DNA from: Acidobacteriota bacterium
GTDB lineage: Bacteria > Acidobacteriota > UBA6911 > RPQK01 > JADFOI01
Length of the DNA: 64,000 nt
Direction of reading: 5' to 3'
Assembly (NCBI GenBank): GCA_963663035.1
Contig: OY760074.1
Coordinates: 288,001 to 352,000, forward strand
Positions 39,117 through 48,063 of this stretch are shown here, in pieces (the stretch's first letter is position 1; every line of letters begins with the position of its first letter). Below the pieces are notes generated by a model, which did no database searches, was not told where the DNA came from, and was given only the letters and a program-made list of their open reading frames with translations. The position numbers and the translations under genes were made by a program.

Positions 39117-40364
39117 TCATTGAATTTCGATTCTCTCCAGGGGTCCCACAATAAACACGTAGGAGATGGCGCCAAACAGCATGACCGCTCCTGCGACCAC
39201 CAGGGCCCCAGTGAAAGTTCCGGTTGCTTCCAGAATAAAGCCCGTCACGATGGGCGCCATGAGGCCGCCCACGTTGCCGCCGAAGTTCTGAATGGAGGTC
39301 AGGGAGCCGACCGCTGCCCGCGGGGCGATATCAATGGCCATGGCATTGGCTGATCCCGTGGTGGCTCTCAAGAACCCCATACAAAGCGTCAGAAGGGTCA
39401 CCGCTAACCAGGTCTGGGGTGTATAGGCTGCAGTGACCACCAGGACGGTCGCGATCATCATTCCCGTTCCCACAATGGCCTTACGGGCGAAGGTGGGACT
39501 CAAACCGCGTCGGATCACATAATCCCCCAGCCATCCCCCTCCGATGGTGGCGATCATTCCGACCAGGAAAGGAAGGCTGGCCACGATACCGGTCCGGACA
39601 ACGCTCATGTCTCTCTCCAGGATCAGATAAGCAGGTAGCCAGTTTACAAAGACGTGATAAGCGTAAAGATATCCCATCTGTCCAAAGGCAAGTCCCCACG
39701 CTGAGCGGTAGCGCAAGAGCGAACTCAAGGGAACCCGGTTTGGTACTGAACTTTCCTGGCGCGGCTCCACATCGGACTGCACGCCGATCCTCTTGTCCGG
39801 GTACAGGAGAAACCACTTGAGGGTAAATAACAGGCTGGCGCCGCCAATCCAGTAAAAGACCGATTGCCAGCCATAACGGGCCAGGAGAAAGGCAGCAATC
39901 ATGGCTCCTATCGCTATTCCAACCTGACTCGCCGAGAAACAGAAACCCAGCGCAGTGGAGCGCTCCCGGGGTCCGAACCATCGCGAGATGGCTGAGGCCT
40001 GGGCAGGAATGAGCATGCTGTGCCCCAACCCAAAGAGAGCTCGCATCAAGAAGAGAGAAACGGCAGCCGTGGCCAGGGGCAAGGCCAGGGTCGCCAGACC
40101 CCAAACCCCGGAGCCGATACCCTGAACGATCCATGTGCCGAATCGGTCCACCAGCGGTCCCATGAGAAGCTGGCTGCCGGTATAGGTCCAGTTCCAGCCC
40201 GACATGACGATGCCCATGGCAGAGGGAGAGATGTCATATTCTTCCATCAAGGCGGGCGCCACGATACTCAGGGCAACACGGATGACGCTGACGGTCGCCA
40301 GGGCCCCCCACAAAAGACTGACGACCTTCCACTTTTCCAAGCCTTCTCTTATTTTCTGGTTCAC
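39117..40364 (-). CDS. MFS transporter (anion:cation symporter family)
   Basis: About 12 TM; GPLVDRFG, RWFGPRERSTA, NWLPAYL, GGWLGD, QNFGGNVGG. Confidence 0.9.
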   Translation of the reverse strand: MNQKIREGLEKWKVVSLLWGALATVSVIRVALSIVAPALMEEYDISPSAMGIVMSGWNWTYTGSQLLMGPLVDRFGTWIVQGIGSGVWGLATLALPLATAAVSLFLMRALFGLGHSMLIPAQASAISRWFGPRERSTALGFCFSASQVGIAIGAMIAAFLLARYGWQSVFYWIGGASLLFTLKWFLLYPDKRIGVQSDVEPRQESSVPNRVPLSSLLRYRSAWGLAFGQMGYLYAYHVFVNWLPAYLILERDMSVVRTGIVASLPFLVGMIATIGGGWLGDYVIRRGLSPTFARKAIVGTGMMIATVLVVTAAYTPQTWLAVTLLTLCMGFLRATTGSANAMAIDIAPRAAVGSLTSIQNFGGNVGGLMAPIVTGFILEATGTFTGALVVAGAVMLFGAISYVFIVGPLERIEIQ

Positions 40365-40417
40365 GGGGTCTGTGGATTGTACCAGCTTCCAACCTCCGGA
40401 TCTCGAATTTGTCTGCT

Positions 40418-40477
40418 GTCAGTTGTCAGTGGTCAGTGGTCAGTCTCCTACCTCCTGACTCCTACCTCCTACCTCCT
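40418..40477. repeat. Heptanucleotide short tandem repeats
   Basis: (T/G)GTCAGT-type units x4 followed by CTCCTAC/CTCCTGA units x4-5; the complementary type AGGAGGC occurs at ~37706-37732. Confidence 0.6.
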
Positions 40478-40519
40478 TCTCTTGCAATCCCGTCCTCTTC
40501 CGATTAGATTAAGTGGCCA

Positions 40520-42778
40520 ATGTCTTACAGAACAATAGGGCAACCGCAGGGGCGTGTGGAGGGACCGGCCAAGGTCACCGGGGAAGCCAAATATACGGCC
40601 GATGTGCTCCTGCCGGACATGATCTGGGGCAAGGTGCTGAGAAGTCCTCTCCCCCATGCTCGAATTGTCAGTATCGATACTCGAGAGGCCGAGCAGATGC
40701 CTGGAATTCTTGCGGTGCTCACCGCCAGGGATCTGCCCGATCTCTTGACTGGGCGAGTCGTCTACGACATGCCGGTGCTGGCGAAAGACCGGGTGCGATT
40801 CATCGGCGAGAAAGTGGCCGTGGTGGCTGCCGAAGATCCTGATGTAGCCGAGGACGCACTGACCCGTATTGACGTGGAATATGAGGAAGTGCCTGCAGTC
40901 TTTGATGCCCATGAGGCTATGGAATCTGAGGCCCCGCTGCTGCATCCGGATTATCGATCCTATTCTCATGCTCCCGAGAAGTACTTTTCCGATATACCCA
41001 ACGTCCACTCTCACGTGACCTGGGAGCTTGGCGATGTTAAAAAGGGTTTTGCTCTGGCCGAAGAGGTATTCGAGCACACCTTCAATGCACCCTCTGTCCA
41101 TCAGGGCTATCTTGAGCCTCACGCCTCGGTTGTGGCAATCGATCCCGATGGCCAGATCAATGTCTGGATCAGCAACAAGATGCCGGTGCGGGCCCGAGAG
41201 CTTCTGGGGGACGTCATTCAGATCCCTCAGGAGCGGATTGTTGTCCACTTGGCCCAGATCGGAGCGGATTTCGGGGGCAAGGGCTCCCTGATGGATGTGC
41301 CCCTCTGCTATCACCTGGCCCAGCGGACAGGCCGGCCCGTAAAGATGGTCATGACTTACACCGAGGAGCTCATGGCCGGCAATCCCAGACATCCCACCAC
41401 CATCTTTTTGCGCACCGGGGTGACTCAGGACGGTAAGATTCTGGCTCGCCAGGCAAAAGTGGTCTTTAACAGCGGAGCTTACGCGGCCTTCAAACCTCTT
41501 TACTACGTTAATATTCCGGGCGCCAGGGAGGCGGCAGGAGTCTACGGTACACCGCATGTCAAGATCGATGCCTACTCGGTGTATACCAACTGCGTCCCGG
41601 GCGGACACATGCGAGCCCCGGGAGATCCCCAGGTGAACCTTGCCGTGGAGTCCTCAATGGATATGGTGGCTGAAGCGCTGGGCATCGACCGACTCGAATT
41701 TCGCAAACGCAATTTGCTGAAAGATGGTGACGCCGTACCGGGGGGGCCGCCACTGAAAAAGGTGAGGGTCCGTGAGGTTCTTGAGGCTGCAGTGAATACA
41801 TCCTCCTGGAACCGTCCCAAGTCCCAACCCAACCAGGGCCTTGGCTTGGCAGTCTCCCATCGCGCAATTGGCATCGGCGAAGTGAGCGCCCAGCTGACTC
41901 TGGAACAGGATGGAACCGTTCAATTGATCACGGCGGTGCCGGAGGTGGGGACGGGTGCTCACACGCTTCTCCAGCAGATCATTGCTGAGACACTCGTTCT
42001 CCCCGTGGATCAGGTCCGAGTTGAGACAGCCTCAGAGATCTTCAAGAGCGACTCGGGTTCAGGGGGAAGCCGTGTCACTTATGTGGGGGGACAGGTTGTT
42101 CAGCAGGCTGCAGTCGAACTGAAGAGTTTGATCTGTGCAGCTGCTGCCGAAGCTTTGGGCTGTCAAGCCGATGAGGTGGTGCTCGAGGGTGGCCGCTGCG
42201 GCCTGCAGAATGGTTCTGATGGCAGTCTCTCTTTAGCCGAGGTGGCGCAGAAGGGAGGCGAAGGGTCTCCGCTGCGGGTAAAGAAGTCCGTCAAAGTCTC
42301 CAAAAGTCCGCAAGTGACCACATTTACCGCCCAGGTTGTTGAACTCGAGGTCGATCGGGACACGGGCAAGATCAGGTTGTTGGAAGTCGTGACTGCCCAC
42401 GATGTGGGGACCATCATCAATCCGTTGGGTCACCAGGGACAAATCGAGGGAGGTGTTCTTCAAGGAGTTGGCCAGGGCTTGATGGAAGAGCTGAAAACGG
42501 AGGAAGGGCAGGTCTCAACCTTGAATCTGGGCGATTACAAGCTTCCCAATATCCGAGACATCCCCCCGCTGACGACGGTGCTTGTAGAGGAAGAAGTTGG
42601 ACCCGCGCCCTTCCATGGCAAGGCCATCGGGGAGAGCAGTATCACTCCCATCCCTGCCGCCATCGCCAATGCGGTCTATGACGCCGTCGGTGTGCGCTTC
42701 TACGATTTACCCATTACCTCCGAGAAGGTGTATGAGGCGCTGCAAAAACAGAGCGCGAGTCAGGGGAAGAAAGAATGA
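40520..42778 (+). CDS. Xanthine dehydrogenase family molybdopterin-binding subunit
   Basis: KVTGEAKY, LRSPLPHARI, GADFGGK, MRAPG, GQIEGG, KAIGE. Confidence 0.93.
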   Translation: MSYRTIGQPQGRVEGPAKVTGEAKYTADVLLPDMIWGKVLRSPLPHARIVSIDTREAEQMPGILAVLTARDLPDLLTGRVVYDMPVLAKDRVRFIGEKVAVVAAEDPDVAEDALTRIDVEYEEVPAVFDAHEAMESEAPLLHPDYRSYSHAPEKYFSDIPNVHSHVTWELGDVKKGFALAEEVFEHTFNAPSVHQGYLEPHASVVAIDPDGQINVWISNKMPVRARELLGDVIQIPQERIVVHLAQIGADFGGKGSLMDVPLCYHLAQRTGRPVKMVMTYTEELMAGNPRHPTTIFLRTGVTQDGKILARQAKVVFNSGAYAAFKPLYYVNIPGAREAAGVYGTPHVKIDAYSVYTNCVPGGHMRAPGDPQVNLAVESSMDMVAEALGIDRLEFRKRNLLKDGDAVPGGPPLKKVRVREVLEAAVNTSSWNRPKSQPNQGLGLAVSHRAIGIGEVSAQLTLEQDGTVQLITAVPEVGTGAHTLLQQIIAETLVLPVDQVRVETASEIFKSDSGSGGSRVTYVGGQVVQQAAVELKSLICAAAAEALGCQADEVVLEGGRCGLQNGSDGSLSLAEVAQKGGEGSPLRVKKSVKVSKSPQVTTFTAQVVELEVDRDTGKIRLLEVVTAHDVGTIINPLGHQGQIEGGVLQGVGQGLMEELKTEEGQVSTLNLGDYKLPNIRDIPPLTTVLVEEEVGPAPFHGKAIGESSITPIPAAIANAVYDAVGVRFYDLPITSEKVYEALQKQSASQGKKE

Positions 42779-43266
42779 CTCACACCATCCGCCTGCGAGT
42801 GAATGGCAAGGAGCACACGGTGGAGGTGCCCTCACGACGGCTCCTGGTTGATTGTTTGCGCTATGACCTGGGCCTGATCGGCACCAAGATCGGCTGCAGC
42901 GTAGGTGTCTGTGGAGCCTGTACTGTGCTCATGGATGGGAAGCTCATCAGCTCCTGCCTTGCCCTGGCCGTGTTTGCTGATGGAAAAGACATTGTCACGG
43001 TAGAGGGAATTGCACTGGAGGACCGGCTGCACACAGTGCAACAGGCCTTTATTGACTATGGAGGGGTTCAGTGCGGAATCTGCACTCCGGGGATGGTGGT
43101 TGCCGCAAAAGCTCTCCTGGATGAGAACCCCGATCCGACAGTCGATGAAATCAAGGAGTGGATTATGGGGAACCTTTGCCGGTGCACGGGCTACTACAAA
43201 ATCATTGAGTCGATACAGGGGGCGGCTCGGCGAATGCAGCTGGGGGACACAGATGAAGGCCTTTGA
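42775..43266 (+). CDS. 2x[2Fe-2S] subunit (CoxS/CutS-like)
   Basis: GCSVGVCGACTV, QCGICTPG, GNLCRCTGY. Confidence 0.95.
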   Translation: MTHTIRLRVNGKEHTVEVPSRRLLVDCLRYDLGLIGTKIGCSVGVCGACTVLMDGKLISSCLALAVFADGKDIVTVEGIALEDRLHTVQQAFIDYGGVQCGICTPGMVVAAKALLDENPDPTVDEIKEWIMGNLCRCTGYYKIIESIQGAARRMQLGDTDEGL

Positions 43267-44131
43267 GTACCTCGAACCTGATAGCCTGGAAGAAGCACTG
43301 GCCCTGCTTCAGGATCACGGGGAGGAAGCCAAGATCATCGCCGGCGGCACGGCTCTGGTCATCATGATCAACCAGCGGTTGATCATGCCGTCCTACCTCA
43401 TCAGCTTGCGTAAACTGCCGGGTCTGGATGGTATCGAATCGGTAGAGGGTGCGCTGCAGTTCGGGGCGTTGGTGACTCACCGCGCCATGGAGATTTCCCC
43501 TCTGATTCGCGATCAGATCCCGGTGCTGGCGGAGACCTATAGGCGGGTTGCAACCATCCGCATCCGCAACATGGCCACGGTTGGAGGAACCCTGGCTCAC
43601 GCCGATCCTAACCAGGACTCGCCAGTCACTCTCCTGGCACTCAATGCGCGTGTACGGATCACTTCCCAGGGCGGAAGCCGGGAGGTTCCACTGGCTGACT
43701 TCTTTACCGATTATTACGAGACCGTTTTGAAGCCCGATGAGCTGCTCACCGAAGTGCTTGTCCCCGATCCGAAACCTCATACCGGCAGCATCTATCTGAA
43801 ATTTCTTCCCAGGACAGAGGATGACTACGGCACGGTGGGAGTGGCGGCTACCGTGTCGATCGAACCGGACTCGGGGTTGTGCCAGGACTGCTGTATTGCC
43901 ATGGGTGGTGTCGGGTCAACCCCTCTGCGGGCACGAGAAGCCGAGGCCTTACTGCCAGGTCAGAAGTTGGTTCCCGAGCTCCTCCATGAGGTGGCGGCTG
44001 CGGCAAAGGAGTGCACTGATCCCACCAGCGATATCCGCGGGTCAGCCGACTACAAGCGTGCCATGGCAGGAGTCTTTGTGCGGAGGGCGCTGAAGCGGGC
44101 CTGGCAGAAGGCCCTGGGAGAATCGTCATAA
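43253..44131 (+). CDS. FAD-binding subunit (CoxM/CutM-like)
   Basis: MKAFEYLEP start, IIAGGTAL, IRNMATVGG, SDIRGSADYKR. Confidence 0.93.
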   Translation: MKAFEYLEPDSLEEALALLQDHGEEAKIIAGGTALVIMINQRLIMPSYLISLRKLPGLDGIESVEGALQFGALVTHRAMEISPLIRDQIPVLAETYRRVATIRIRNMATVGGTLAHADPNQDSPVTLLALNARVRITSQGGSREVPLADFFTDYYETVLKPDELLTEVLVPDPKPHTGSIYLKFLPRTEDDYGTVGVAATVSIEPDSGLCQDCCIAMGGVGSTPLRAREAEALLPGQKLVPELLHEVAAAAKECTDPTSDIRGSADYKRAMAGVFVRRALKRAWQKALGESS

Positions 44132-44589
44132 AGTTCACACAGATCTGCACCATTGCCGCGAGCCAGTCGGAGGTGTGGAACTTTCTCATTGACATGGAGA
44201 ATGTCGGCCGCTGCCTGCCAGGGGTAGAGAGCCTGACACGACTGGACGATGAAACCTACCAAGGCGTCTTCAAGATCAGGGTCGGTCCCATCGCTCTCAG
44301 CCTGCAGGGAACACTTCACGTCGAGAAGCTGGATCGTGCCAACTGGCACGTGGGGATACGAGCAGAGGCTAAAGATCGTCGCTTGGGGGGAGGGGTGCGG
44401 GCAAACCTCAACGTGGATTTGGCTGAGCGGGAACCGAATGAGACCCAGATGACCGTCACTCTCGAGTCCCACGTGCTGGGAAAGATCGGAGAGTTCGGAC
44501 AGCCTGTGATGCGCAAGAAGACGGACGCAATTCTGCAGGACTTCGCACGTCAGGTCAGCCAGCAGCTGAAAGCGAGGACCACAACTTGA
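44128..44589 (+). CDS. CoxG/SRPBCC family protein (apparent ATA start; track start 44173)
   Basis: VWNFLID...CLPG, KIRVGPI, GKIGEFGQPVM; frame extends to ATA AAG TTC behind GGGAGA. Confidence 0.85.
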   Translation: MKFTQICTIAASQSEVWNFLIDMENVGRCLPGVESLTRLDDETYQGVFKIRVGPIALSLQGTLHVEKLDRANWHVGIRAEAKDRRLGGGVRANLNVDLAEREPNETQMTVTLESHVLGKIGEFGQPVMRKKTDAILQDFARQVSQQLKARTTT

Positions 44590-45569
44590 GCCGCATATTG
44601 GCAGGTGTGCTCTTTCTTTCGGTGGCAATGCTGGCAGTCATTCTGGGACAGTCCCAAGAAGTCCCGTCGGCGGAAGGGCGCGCCATTTCTTATCTGGCAG
44701 CGGAAGTCCCGGCCTGGTCAAAAGACAACCACTGCTTCTCTTGCCACAACAACGGCGACGGCGCGCGGGCTCTCTACACGGCCCGGCAACTTTCCTATCC
44801 TGTGCCGTCCCAGGCGCTGACGGATACCACCGAGTGGCTGGTTCAGCCGCTTGAATGGGACAACAATCGAGGGAACCCCGGATTCAGCGATAAGCAGTTG
44901 GCCAGGATTCAGTTTGCTGCTTCCCTTGTGGAGGCCTTCGAGGCAGGCTTGATCGAGAAGCGGGAGATCCTCATTCAGGCGGCCGAATCACTCTTGCCTT
45001 ATCAACTGGCTGATGGATCATGGCAAGTCGATGTTGAAGCGCTGGTCGGATCTCCCGCTACCTACGGAACTCCCCTGGCCACCTATATGGCTCGCCGTAC
45101 GCTTGAGAAAGCGGATGCCTCCCGTTTCGAAACGGAGATTGCACGAGCCGATGATTGGTTTCTGCAAGCACCGGTGAAGTCCATGCTTGATGCATCCGCG
45201 GTGATGTCGGCTCTCCAGGATCGCTCCGATTCACAGGCCGAGGCCAAGGGTCGGGAGTGCCTGGAGCTGATTCTGGACGGGCAGGCCAGCGACGGAGGAT
45301 GGGGACCTTACAGGAATTCTCCCTCTGAACCCTTTGACACCGCAGTCGTTCTGTTGGCCCTTCTTTCTGTCAGAGAGCGACCGGAGATTGAAGAGTTCAT
45401 CCAGCAGGGTCGGGCCTACCTTCTCCAGAGGCAGCTTTCCTCTGGTGGATGGCCTGAGACAACGCGGCCGCCCGGAGCGCACAGCTATGCCCAGCACATC
45501 TCAACTTCGGGCTGGGCTACTCTGGCTCTTCTCTTGACGGGAAATTCAGGGGAGGACTTGGAACGGTAG
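44586..45569 (+). CDS. Exported prenyltransferase/squalene-cyclase-repeat (alpha/alpha toroid) protein
   Basis: Signal-like N-terminus, CFSCH motif, QW-type repeats QLADGSW, QASDGGW, QLSSGGW. Confidence 0.75.
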   Translation: MSRILAGVLFLSVAMLAVILGQSQEVPSAEGRAISYLAAEVPAWSKDNHCFSCHNNGDGARALYTARQLSYPVPSQALTDTTEWLVQPLEWDNNRGNPGFSDKQLARIQFAASLVEAFEAGLIEKREILIQAAESLLPYQLADGSWQVDVEALVGSPATYGTPLATYMARRTLEKADASRFETEIARADDWFLQAPVKSMLDASAVMSALQDRSDSQAEAKGRECLELILDGQASDGGWGPYRNSPSEPFDTAVVLLALLSVRERPEIEEFIQQGRAYLLQRQLSSGGWPETTRPPGAHSYAQHISTSGWATLALLLTGNSGEDLER

Positions 45570-46790
45570 GGAAACCGTTGTGGTGGTGACCCGCTCCTCA
45601 ATACGCTCAAAGACATCCACCTCGAAGGTACGGCCGATCCTGTTGCCGGCCAGATCTTCCAGTGTTGTCCCGACCACCAGGGAATAATCACCGGCGCTCC
45701 AGGGCTCAAGTGGAGTGAACTGCCAGCGGGTCTCCTGGCGGTCGATCTGGATTGAGCCCTCAATGAAGTTTCTTGCCGGGTCCATGACATCCAGTAAACG
45801 CAAGAGTAGGCCACCATCCAGCGGCTCAGGAAATTCAACGGAGAGAGGCTGGCGGGTGCCACCCTGTGGGGAGGTCAGTCGCCAGGTCTTGGGATCAGGG
45901 GACTCCCGGTCGGCCGCCACCACGCCAAAGGACTTCTCAAAACCTTCCTTGAGGGGCGTCCCCTGGGCATCCAGCCAACCCTGCTCGATCACTAAGGTAT
46001 AGTTGTGTCCTTCGTTTATGGGAAGTCCCACTTCTTCATGAGGTACAAGGCCCTGCTTGATCCGCCCCGGATCAAAAAGAATGGTGAGTCGCTTGCCCTG
46101 GCGATCCCACAGTTCCTCATCCAACTCCAAAAAGGGTAGTTCGACCGGCTCCCCGTTCTCATCGAGCAGGTGAATTCGGCTGTAGGCCTCACCGCGACTC
46201 ATGGGAGCTGAAAAGTGAAGATAGAATTTGAGCTGGTTCTCGGGTAAACGATTTGTCGTGGGATACACATTTTCGACGGTCGTCGAGGCGGTTGCTTCAG
46301 CCTTTGGAATGGTAAAGTTGACGGTGATGTGCTGCTTGGCTTGACTCCCATCAGCCATAGGATCAAACACGGCACGGTAACGTAGGCCCGGCTCCAGAGG
46401 AAATCGTGGCTGAAAAATCAATTCCTGCTCTTCGATCCTGTAGGAGCCCAGAAGCGGAGGGAGAGACACCTCAGAGGGGGAGTCAGGATCGACATAAACG
46501 GCAAAGAGCGCCTGCCATCGATCAGCTCCCAAGTTGGCGGACTCAGACTTGAGCAGCCCAATCTGATCCCAGCCCACGACTTTAAAAACCGGAGGGGCAC
46601 CCTCCTTCCTCTCCAACTGGATCTCGGCTGAGATCGTAGCCTGGGAAGGGGGAGACTGGAGCCCGCAGGCGGAGAGAAAAGTGAGAGTGAGGATCCCCAG
46701 ACACGCGAAGCGTCTGAGCCAGGATCTCCAAGAAGGAAGGAGGCGCCTTCCCTGAGGGACTGGCACCTCACGACTCCCGATTGATTTCAC
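45546..46790 (-). CDS. Lipoprotein with Ig-like domains, function unknown
   Basis: Lipobox FLSAC; LKFYLHFSAPM, VEFPEPLD, LEDLAGN. Confidence 0.7.
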   Translation of the reverse strand: MKSIGSREVPVPQGRRLLPSWRSWLRRFACLGILTLTFLSACGLQSPPSQATISAEIQLERKEGAPPVFKVVGWDQIGLLKSESANLGADRWQALFAVYVDPDSPSEVSLPPLLGSYRIEEQELIFQPRFPLEPGLRYRAVFDPMADGSQAKQHITVNFTIPKAEATASTTVENVYPTTNRLPENQLKFYLHFSAPMSRGEAYSRIHLLDENGEPVELPFLELDEELWDRQGKRLTILFDPGRIKQGLVPHEEVGLPINEGHNYTLVIEQGWLDAQGTPLKEGFEKSFGVVAADRESPDPKTWRLTSPQGGTRQPLSVEFPEPLDGGLLLRLLDVMDPARNFIEGSIQIDRQETRWQFTPLEPWSAGDYSLVVGTTLEDLAGNRIGRTFEVDVFERIEERVTTTTVSLPFQVLP

Positions 46791-46816
46791 CTCTGTCTTG
46801 CCTGTCCCGCCTATGC

Positions 46817-47926
46817 CTAAGGAAGCGGAATCGTCTTGAGGTCCAATGAACCGCTGTCAGTGCTGACCAGAATCAAGGCGTTGTCCTGGTCCAGACGATC
46901 CAGTTGCTGCACACCCTTGAGGTGATCGATCGTCTCATAGGGCACGCCTGTAATATCGGTGCGCTCGGTGATTCCCTGGTAGCTCTCCAGACCCTCAGCG
47001 GTAATCTTCATCACACCACGGCTACTGTTGTTCATCAGAATATAAGGCCTTCCGCCCTTTTCATAAGCGATCATATCCAGGGGACGGTTTCGGTTGCCAA
47101 GCTCTGCGATGGTCGTGCCAAGAATCTTGGCGCCGGGTGTAAGGGAGGAGACAGGAAATTTCACCAGAGGCGTACAGGTGTAGGCAGCTAAGATATAAGG
47201 CTCGTCTTCAATTTCGTAGGAGACGAAGGTGCGCACCGGAGCATTGGTTTCGAAACGGCCGTGGGCGCCGTGATAGATCTCCACGCTGGTGCCCCTGCCC
47301 GTCGCTTCAAAGGGAAAAGGGATAGAGCGCAACTTGGAGGCAAACTCCTCATTGGAAAGCCCTGCCACAAAGACCCTGCCCTCGACAAAGGCCAGGTCGG
47401 TGATGGCTTCCAGTCGCTGGCTCTGCCCGCTGCGATCCTGCACATCCGCGTCAGGCGTGTTGGGGAGGCTCACCTTGGCATGCTTCACGTTAGCCAGAGA
47501 GAACTCCTCGATTTTGCCTGAGCTGTCGGCTCGCAAGATCAAAGGGATAGCGTCTGGGCCTCGACCTCGTGAGACCGACAGGTAGACCGCCTTCGAAATC
47601 GGGTGGACCGCCAGGTCGTTAATGAGGATTTGATCGGGCGAAGTTCCCAGCAGGGCAGCCACTTTCTCGTTGACACCTGAGATGTCAACTCGGGCCGGGG
47701 AGGCGCCGGGGGTACCGTCTTCGGTTGCTAAAGCAAAAATAGCCGCTCCCATGGAATCACCCACAAAGAGGATTCCTTCGGGCCCAAAGGCCAGGGCTCC
47801 AGCCGACTGGAGCTCAGCTTTACCCGCGCTTAGACTGGAGGAATAATCAGCGGAGCTGGCTGTGGTGATCAATAACACCGCTATCAGCAGCCCACACAAA
47901 CCTATGCTGGATTTAGTCAGACTCAT
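46817..47926 (-). CDS. Secreted hypothetical protein, probably beta-propeller
   Basis: Signal peptide after GAGGAGA RBS; ALAFGPEGILFVGDS, AITDLAF, AAYTCTPLV, GNRNRPLDM. Confidence 0.7.
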   Translation of the reverse strand: MSLTKSSIGLCGLLIAVLLITTASSADYSSSLSAGKAELQSAGALAFGPEGILFVGDSMGAAIFALATEDGTPGASPARVDISGVNEKVAALLGTSPDQILINDLAVHPISKAVYLSVSRGRGPDAIPLILRADSSGKIEEFSLANVKHAKVSLPNTPDADVQDRSGQSQRLEAITDLAFVEGRVFVAGLSNEEFASKLRSIPFPFEATGRGTSVEIYHGAHGRFETNAPVRTFVSYEIEDEPYILAAYTCTPLVKFPVSSLTPGAKILGTTIAELGNRNRPLDMIAYEKGGRPYILMNNSSRGVMKITAEGLESYQGITERTDITGVPYETIDHLKGVQQLDRLDQDNALILVSTDSGSLDLKTIPLP

Positions 47927-48063
47927 GTTCTCTCCTCTCAACGATAAAAGAATTAAGGTCCAATGTCTGGAGTAGACTTTCCCATCTTGAGGTCTTCAAG
48001 TCAAGGGAACCACGATCTTCGTCCCCATTTTTTTTAGGGCCCCACCTTCCCTGGTGCTCCAAG

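Noticed and set aside
43253-44131. 4-hydroxybenzoyl-CoA reductase beta subunit
   Set aside because: No Cys-rich [4Fe-4S] insertion after the NMATVGG motif.
40520-44589. Aerobic CO dehydrogenase (coxLSMG)
   Set aside because: Active-site loop reads HMRAPG, not AYxCSFR or AYxGAGR.
44586-45569. Squalene-hopene cyclase
   Set aside because: About half the expected length, exported, and no DxDDTA motif.
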